Assembly (NCBI GenBank): GCA_013265495.1
Contig: MU057887.1
Coordinates: 3,445,576 to 3,509,575, forward strand
DNA from: Vicugna vicugna
Taxonomy: Eukaryota
Length of the DNA: 64,000 bases
Direction of reading: 5' to 3'
Shown here: one piece after another, positions 58,101-64,000 of the stretch
Numbering within the stretch: the first letter of the stretch is position 1
Layout: each line of letters begins with the position of its first letter
Translations under genes and position numbers: made by a program
Notes under the pieces: generated by a model
The model's input: the letters and a program-made list of their open reading frames with translations, nothing else
The model's database searches: none
Told to the model about the DNA's origin: nothing

Positions 58101-59544
58101 GCACGATTACAGATCTGAAAAATCGAGTTCACTTCTAGCTGCAAATATTATTTAGAGGAAACCCCTTGTTTTGTAAAAAGAAGCTGCATGTTGACAAATT
58201 TCTTTGCCTCCAATTCCAGAGGGTTTCAAAGCTCCCAGAGTCAGGGGTCCATCTTGGGTGGGGGGCTGGGTGGAGGGCCTGCACCCCACCCACCAGGGAC
58301 GCCAGCCCCTTCAGGGCAGGAGCCAGAGGTCCTGACGCATCTCCACAGCTGGAAGAGCAGGCCTCCCCACTGCCCGCCCCCCCACCTGGAAAACCAGCCC
58401 CCCGCCATCGGCTGACAGGGGGGCGCTCCCTGCCCCACCGCAGCTAAGCCCCCGGCCCCACTGGGCAGGCACCTGTGATGTCATTCAGGGGCTAACCGAG
58501 GGGAGGGGGGATCCTGCACACAGGCGGCAGCTCCCACCACCAGGTAACACACCTGTTGCTCCCTCACCAGGAGTCCCATCCTTCCAGACCCGTCCACTGG
58601 TGCCCGCAGCCCGAGCCCCACCTTGGCCTCACAGGACCCCTGAGGACCCCAGTGGCCACGGATGCCTCCTTCTCCGGAACAAAGACTCTCCATCTTCTAC
58701 CACCTCGCTTCCTGGTGGTCTCTCCTCAAATGTCGCCCCCTCACAACCTTCCTTAGCTGCCTGGAGCACAGCAGCACCTGCCCACACCAGCCACCCCAGC
58801 CCCAGAAGCAGACCCTGGGGCTGGCAGGGGGTCCAGAGACCCTGATGGGGCTGGAGAGGCCCAGGGCCCAGGGGCTCGTCCCACCCACCCCGCAAGGAGG
58901 CAGGAACTGGGGCACTGAAGCCCCAACCCCACCAGAAAGCCCTGGGCTGACTCGCAGCGGAAGCAGGGGAGGGCAAGGGGGACGGACTGGGCTGGGCGCC
59001 TTCCCCAGCTGTCATCTGGCTCATCTCATGGCGTCTGCCATTGACACAGAGCAGCGTCTCAGGAGTGCATCAACCAACGTCCCAGGGCAGGGGAGGGGAT
59101 CTGGAGCCCACCCTCTGCGCAGAGAAGTAGCTCCGGACACCCCCACCCCGTCACTGGCCAGGAACCGGCTCTGACGAAGCCCAGCGTTCTGGTATTTTCC
59201 TAATAACTCGAAGGAACTTAAAGGAGGAAATGTAGGGGAGAATCCAGGGGGTGGGCCTCAACCCAGCCATGCCCAGCACCCCGCCCAGGGCCTGTAGCCC
59301 TCCCAGACACGGTCAACAGGCCTCCTCGGCCCTGACTTCCGTCATTCCCCACCCGCCCTCCATCAGAGCCAGGCAGCCCCACCCCAGCCACATTCAGCCC
59401 CTGAGGCGGCAGCCGCCATGCAGGACAGGTGTAGGTCCCTGAGTCGCACCTCTCCTGGCTCAGTTCAGGAGGAATCACTGCATGAAACATCCCTAAAGGA
59501 GAAAACCACCAAACAGGGGCCCAAATCCCCCTCCTGCCCTACGT

Positions 59545-59700
59545 CCTCACTGTGTGACCCCAGGAAAGTCACTTAACTTCTCTGGGCATCTTCACTCCTG
59601 TAAAATGGGCATGAGAGCAGCATTTAGGTTGTTGTATGAACAGAAGTGGATGCATAGAAATCTACTCGCCTGGTGTCTGGAACATAGTAGCCCTTAGTAA
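59545..59700. mobile_element. MIR SINE
   Basis: 'ctgtgtgaccccaggaaagtcacttaacttctctgggc...ctgtaaaatggg...gtgtctggaacatagtag'. Confidence 0.85.
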
Positions 59701-59972
59701 TGTGGTATGGATGGGTGAGCAGATGACAGATGATGGGCGGATGGATGGATGGATGGATGAGTGGGTTGTCAGATGATGGGTGGACGGATGGGTGGATAGG
59801 TGGATGACAGATGATGGGTACATGGAAGGATGGATGGATGATGGATGAATGAACTGTCAGATGATGGGTGAATGGATGGATGATGGGTAATGGGTGGATG
59901 GATGAGTGTATAGATGGTTGAAGTGATGAATGAAAAGATGTATGGGTGGGTGAGTGGATGGATAGATTGGTG
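59700..59972. repeat. Degenerate (TGGA)n repeat
   Basis: Read directly from the sequence. Confidence 0.95.
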
Positions 59973-60584
59973 GGCCAAAGAAAGGACATTTCAAAGTCTC
60001 CTCCATCCAGGCACATCACCCTCCAAGGAGATGCCTCTTGCTCAGAGGCTAGAGGTCATAGGCACTGGAAAGCCAGAGGCCCTGACGCATCTCCACAGCA
60101 GCCTCCCCTGGCCTGGGCCGTCTGCTTCTGTCTTTGGCCCTGGAAGAAGAGACCAGCATCCCTGCTGAGAGAGGGAATGTTCAGTTCACGCATGTGCACG
60201 TCCGCATCGCCAGGGTGATGAAAAGTGGACAGTATATACGTGCAGGAGTCAGGGAGACGCACAGCTCCTCCCAACTTCTGCCCTTTGTCTTTAAAATTAC
60301 GGTCAGTAATTAGCAGAGACTTTTGACTTAAAAAAACAAGAGTAATAAGACAAGTAATAGTTTCCAAACTAATTACAAAGATAGCCATAATTGGAACAGC
60401 AACTCCATAAAAATGATAACTTGCTCAGGCTGGGGAACGACCGCGCCTGTGTGGCGCCCGTGGGCACCGGCACCATACTTAACCTCCGGGTCCCCGAGGC
60501 TAAACCTCCTTCAGGCTCGTGCCCTCCTGCCCCTGCCTCCCAGTGGGGTGGTCGGATGAAGAGCTTTCATAGTTACCGTTTCTG

Positions 60585-62400
60585 TTTTTAATGGCCTTAC
60601 TGAAGTGTAATTCATACGTCATGCAACTCACCCGTTCAAGTGCACGATTCAGTGCACATCTCCCACCACCATCAACTTCAGGACACCTCCATCGCCCCAC
60701 ACACACACTCCCACTCCCCCGGCCCCTGCAGCCACTAACCTGCTTTCCGTCTCTGTAGACCTGTCTGCTGTGGAAAGGTCACATAAATGGGACATTACAG
60801 TACACGGTCCTTTGAGGCTGGCTCCCTTCACTCAGCATCATGTCAAAGTTCATCCCTGCTGAAGCACGTGTCAGTATCTCAGTGCCTTTACCGGCTGCAT
60901 GACACCCCGCATTTTGTTTCTTTCTTCATCCCGACACACGTTTGGACTGTCTCCGCTCTGGGACTGTTGCAAACAATGCTGCTGTGAACACTTGGGTACA
61001 AGTTTTGTGTGGACGTGTGTTTCCACTTCTCTCGGGAAACACACACCTCGGAGTGGAACTCCTGAGTCCTCCTGAGTCTGCATGTAACCATTTGAGGAGG
61101 TGCTAAACTGGTTCCCAAAGTGGCCACACCGCCTGTCTTTCTGACCAGCCGAAGACCGGTACGCCGCCCGTTGGAGCCTAGCCGTCCTACCGGGCGTCGG
61201 GGGGTGTCTCTGTGGCTCTGGTCTGCGTTTTCCTGAAGACTAAGGCTGTTGGTCGTCCTTTTGTGTGTCGACTGGCCATTTGCATATCTTCTTCAGAGAA
61301 ATAGCTTCCAGATCTTTTGCTCATCTGTTAATAAATTTATTATTGTATTATTGAGTTGTAGCGATACCGTATGTAATTCTTGTATGTTCTAGACACAAAT
61401 CATTCACCTGGCGTGATTTGTGAGTATTTTCTCGAATTCTCTGGGCCGTCTTCTCACTTTCTTGACGGTGCCTTTGATGCCCACCTTCTTCATTCTGATG
61501 AAGTCCAGCTCCTCAGTTTTTCCCTTTGTTGCTTGTGCTCCAAATTTGTTCTTCTTTTTCAAGATTGTTTTAGCTACTCAGGGTCACTTGAAATCCCATA
61601 TGAATTTCAGAATGACTTGCCTCTTTCTACAAAGAGATCAGCTTAGATTTTGGTAGGGATTACACTGAATCTGTAGATCAATTTTGAGAGTTTTACTAAC
61701 TCAACAATATTAAATCTTTGGATCCATGAACGTGGGATATCCTTCCATTTACTTAGATCTAATTTAATTTCTTTCAATAATGTTTCGTAGTTTTCAGAGT
61801 ACAAGTCTGCATTTCTTTGTGTTAAACTTATTCCTAAGTGTTTTATTATTTTTATGTTACTATGAATGTAATCATTTTCCTAATTTTAGTTTAGTTTGCT
61901 CAGTGCTACTATATAGAAATGCAATTTGTTTTTGCATATGTATCTTGTAACCTGCAACCATCGTGAACTTGTTTATTAGCTCTAATAGTTTTCAGTAGAT
62001 TTCTCAGGGTTTTATGTACAAAATCATGTCATCAGCAAATGGCAATAGTTTTACCTCTTCTTGTCCCCATATAGATGCCCTTTATGTGTTTTTTCCCCTC
62101 GTGCCCTGGCTGGAACCTCCAGTGTGATGCTGAAAAACGGCTCGAGTGGACGTTCGCGTCTCGTTCCTGGTCTTAGGGAAAAGCATCCAGTCTCTCCCCA
62201 GTGGGTCTCACGTAAGCTGCGCCTTTTTCATAGACGCCCTTGACCAGGTTGGAGGACTTCCCTCTTACTCCTAGTCTGGTGTTTCCATCATGAAGGGGTT
62301 TGAATTCTGTCGAGTATTTTTCTGCATCTATTGAGATGATCATGGGTTTTTGCCCTTTATTTTACTGACTTCAGATCTTAAACCAACCTCGCCACCCCCC
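60585..62400 (-). mobile_element. L1MB-like element (3' UTR plus ORF2 pieces), antisense
   Basis: 3' end 'ttactgaagtgtaattcatacgtcatgcaactcacccgttcaagtgcacgattcagtg'; ORF2 'ggtagggattacactgaatctgtagatcaattttgagag'. Confidence 0.9.
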
Positions 62401-63319
62401 AGGGCTGTTGCGTTATTTGCTTTGCGACATGGGTCTCTGTGGTGATGCCCATTTCCCTCAGTGTGCAGCCTCTGGCGTCACTCCGGGGACTTGGCAAGGG
62501 GCCTGGGCAGTCACCCTGGATGACAGGGGTCCCGGCAGGGCTCCCACTGCTGGCCTCTCTCCCCGCCTCCCTGTCCAGCTGCCTGCCGCGTTTGGCGTCA
62601 CACCAGCCTGTGAGCGCCATGAGTCCCCTGCGATCGCCCTGCTGTCCCCACAGGCTGGCGCCAGACCGCTCAGCGGGCCGATCCATCCAAGCCCAGGCTC
62701 GGGCGCTCTCTGAGGCCATCTGCGAGGCTAGTCCTGACCCAGGAGGGCTCTTCCCTGGCCTTTCTGGGAGCCCAGCTGCGCAGAGGGCAGCGCGCTGCTG
62801 ACAGCCGAGAAGAGTTGCTGTTTCCAAGAGGCCTGAACTTCCGCACGCTCGGTTTCAAACAAAGTTGGCTCCTTCGGGGAGCCGCGGGTGCTTTTCTGTG
62901 GACCACCTCTCCCTCTGGCGGAGCCTCGGAGCCACTGCTCTGGGCCAGGCACGCCCTGTGGTCCTCAGTCTTGCCTCTCCTGGTGTGGACTCTCCTCCAC
63001 GGAAGAGCAGGGGCGGGGTGGTCAGCCCACCACGCCTGGGTAGAGCCTCCACCTGACGGGGGGCCGGGCGTCGCGGGGGCTTCCGACCTCGGCCACGTTC
63101 CCCGGGAACGCGACGCAGGCCCTCCTGGAGCTGGAAGGGGCGAGGCGCGCTGTGGGCTGCCCTGGCGTGCTACGGCGGCCGCCGGGGCTGAGGGGAGGGC
63201 GAGTGCCATCACGGCTGGCTTTGTCTGCCTGGAATCAAGCCTCCATCCAGCTGGGCTGGTGGGCAGGAGGAAAGGAGAGGGTCCTGGCACAGACGCCACG
63301 GGTCTCGGCCTTCTTACCA

Positions 63320-63480
63320 AGCTTTAGTAGATTTTATTGAACAAATATGTCTTCACTTGCTGTCCACCCAGAGGACAATTTCCAGAGACTTTAAATGGGT
63401 TTTTAAAAAGTGTTTGCACGTCTGCTGGTTTTGCTGACGAGCAGGCTGCGGATCCCCTGCAACCACCGCCTTGGAACTGG
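63320..63480 (-). mobile_element. Old L1M 5' terminus, antisense
   Basis: 'tttagtagattttattgaacaaatatgtcttcacttgctg...aggacaatttccagagactttaaatgg'. Its reverse complement resembles 3775-3830. Confidence 0.7.
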
Positions 63481-64000
63481 TACTGTCACACTAAAATTCG
63501 TGTCTCTGGCCCAGACCACCCGCCAGCACGTGCAGCTGTGCCCTGGCTACGCCCTCTTTGGTCCCTTAGGTTAGGTTACCCCCCAAGATAACTGCCCGGG
63601 CGCCTGTCTGCAAAGCCCCCCATCCGCCAGTGACGGCGCCGGGGATGCGGATGGCCCTGCGCTCGGGCCGCCCTCGCAGCCCCCCCGCCCCTCCAGGCCC
63701 CAGCAGCAGCTTCTCCCACCTGCCCCCCTCCCTTCATGGCAGAGCCTCGCCCTCTCTCTCCTGGGCAGCGAGTCGTCGCCATCCAATAAGTTAATCCACA
63801 TTTATTGACTGAGGCCAAACTCTGAGCTCAGCGCCTCCGGGAGGCCACGCCGGCCTTGACCTCCAGGGGTGGATGGACCACAGCTGCCCTCACTTCCAGG
63901 CACTTGCCTGGGCCTGCTGGATCTGAGATCTGGTGCCAAGCCACGTCCTCTGAGCTAGAACGCTCTAGAACGAATTTCACATTGGAGGGTTGGAAGGAGA

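Noticed and set aside
60585..63480. Antisense L1 3' end and 5' end as a near-full-length or active L1
   Set aside because: Only ~2.9 kb in total with ORF1 and most of ORF2 missing and heavy decay. It may be two unrelated fragments.

Overview
GC-rich mammalian genomic DNA with two assembly gaps (N at 21510-21716 and 29133-29397). The tRNA-derived SINEs (GGGGAGGGTRTAGCTC...) and the young L1 3' end look camelid (alpaca/camel); this is recognition from memory, not a database result. I can support only one protein-coding gene: an apparently intronless DHHC palmitoyltransferase of the ZDHHC3/7 clade on the + strand (CDS readable 21717-22250, N-terminus hidden in a gap). It most resembles rodent Zdhhc25. 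The rest is gene-poor and consists of old and younger L1 fragments, ERV1/MER41-like and MaLR solo LTRs, MIR/L2 relics, SINEs, microsatellites, short local duplications and a few AT-rich, non-repetitive enhancer-like islands. The strongest window-wide signal is a patchy, directional A/T-to-G/C remodelling of repeat fossils, consistent with GC-biased gene conversion; in one LTR it appears to erase the polyA signal. Almost all ORFs in the supplied track are chance ORFs of GC-rich DNA. I found no evidence for a wholly new biological system. Repeat boundaries are approximate (tens of bp) and subfamily names are tentative.
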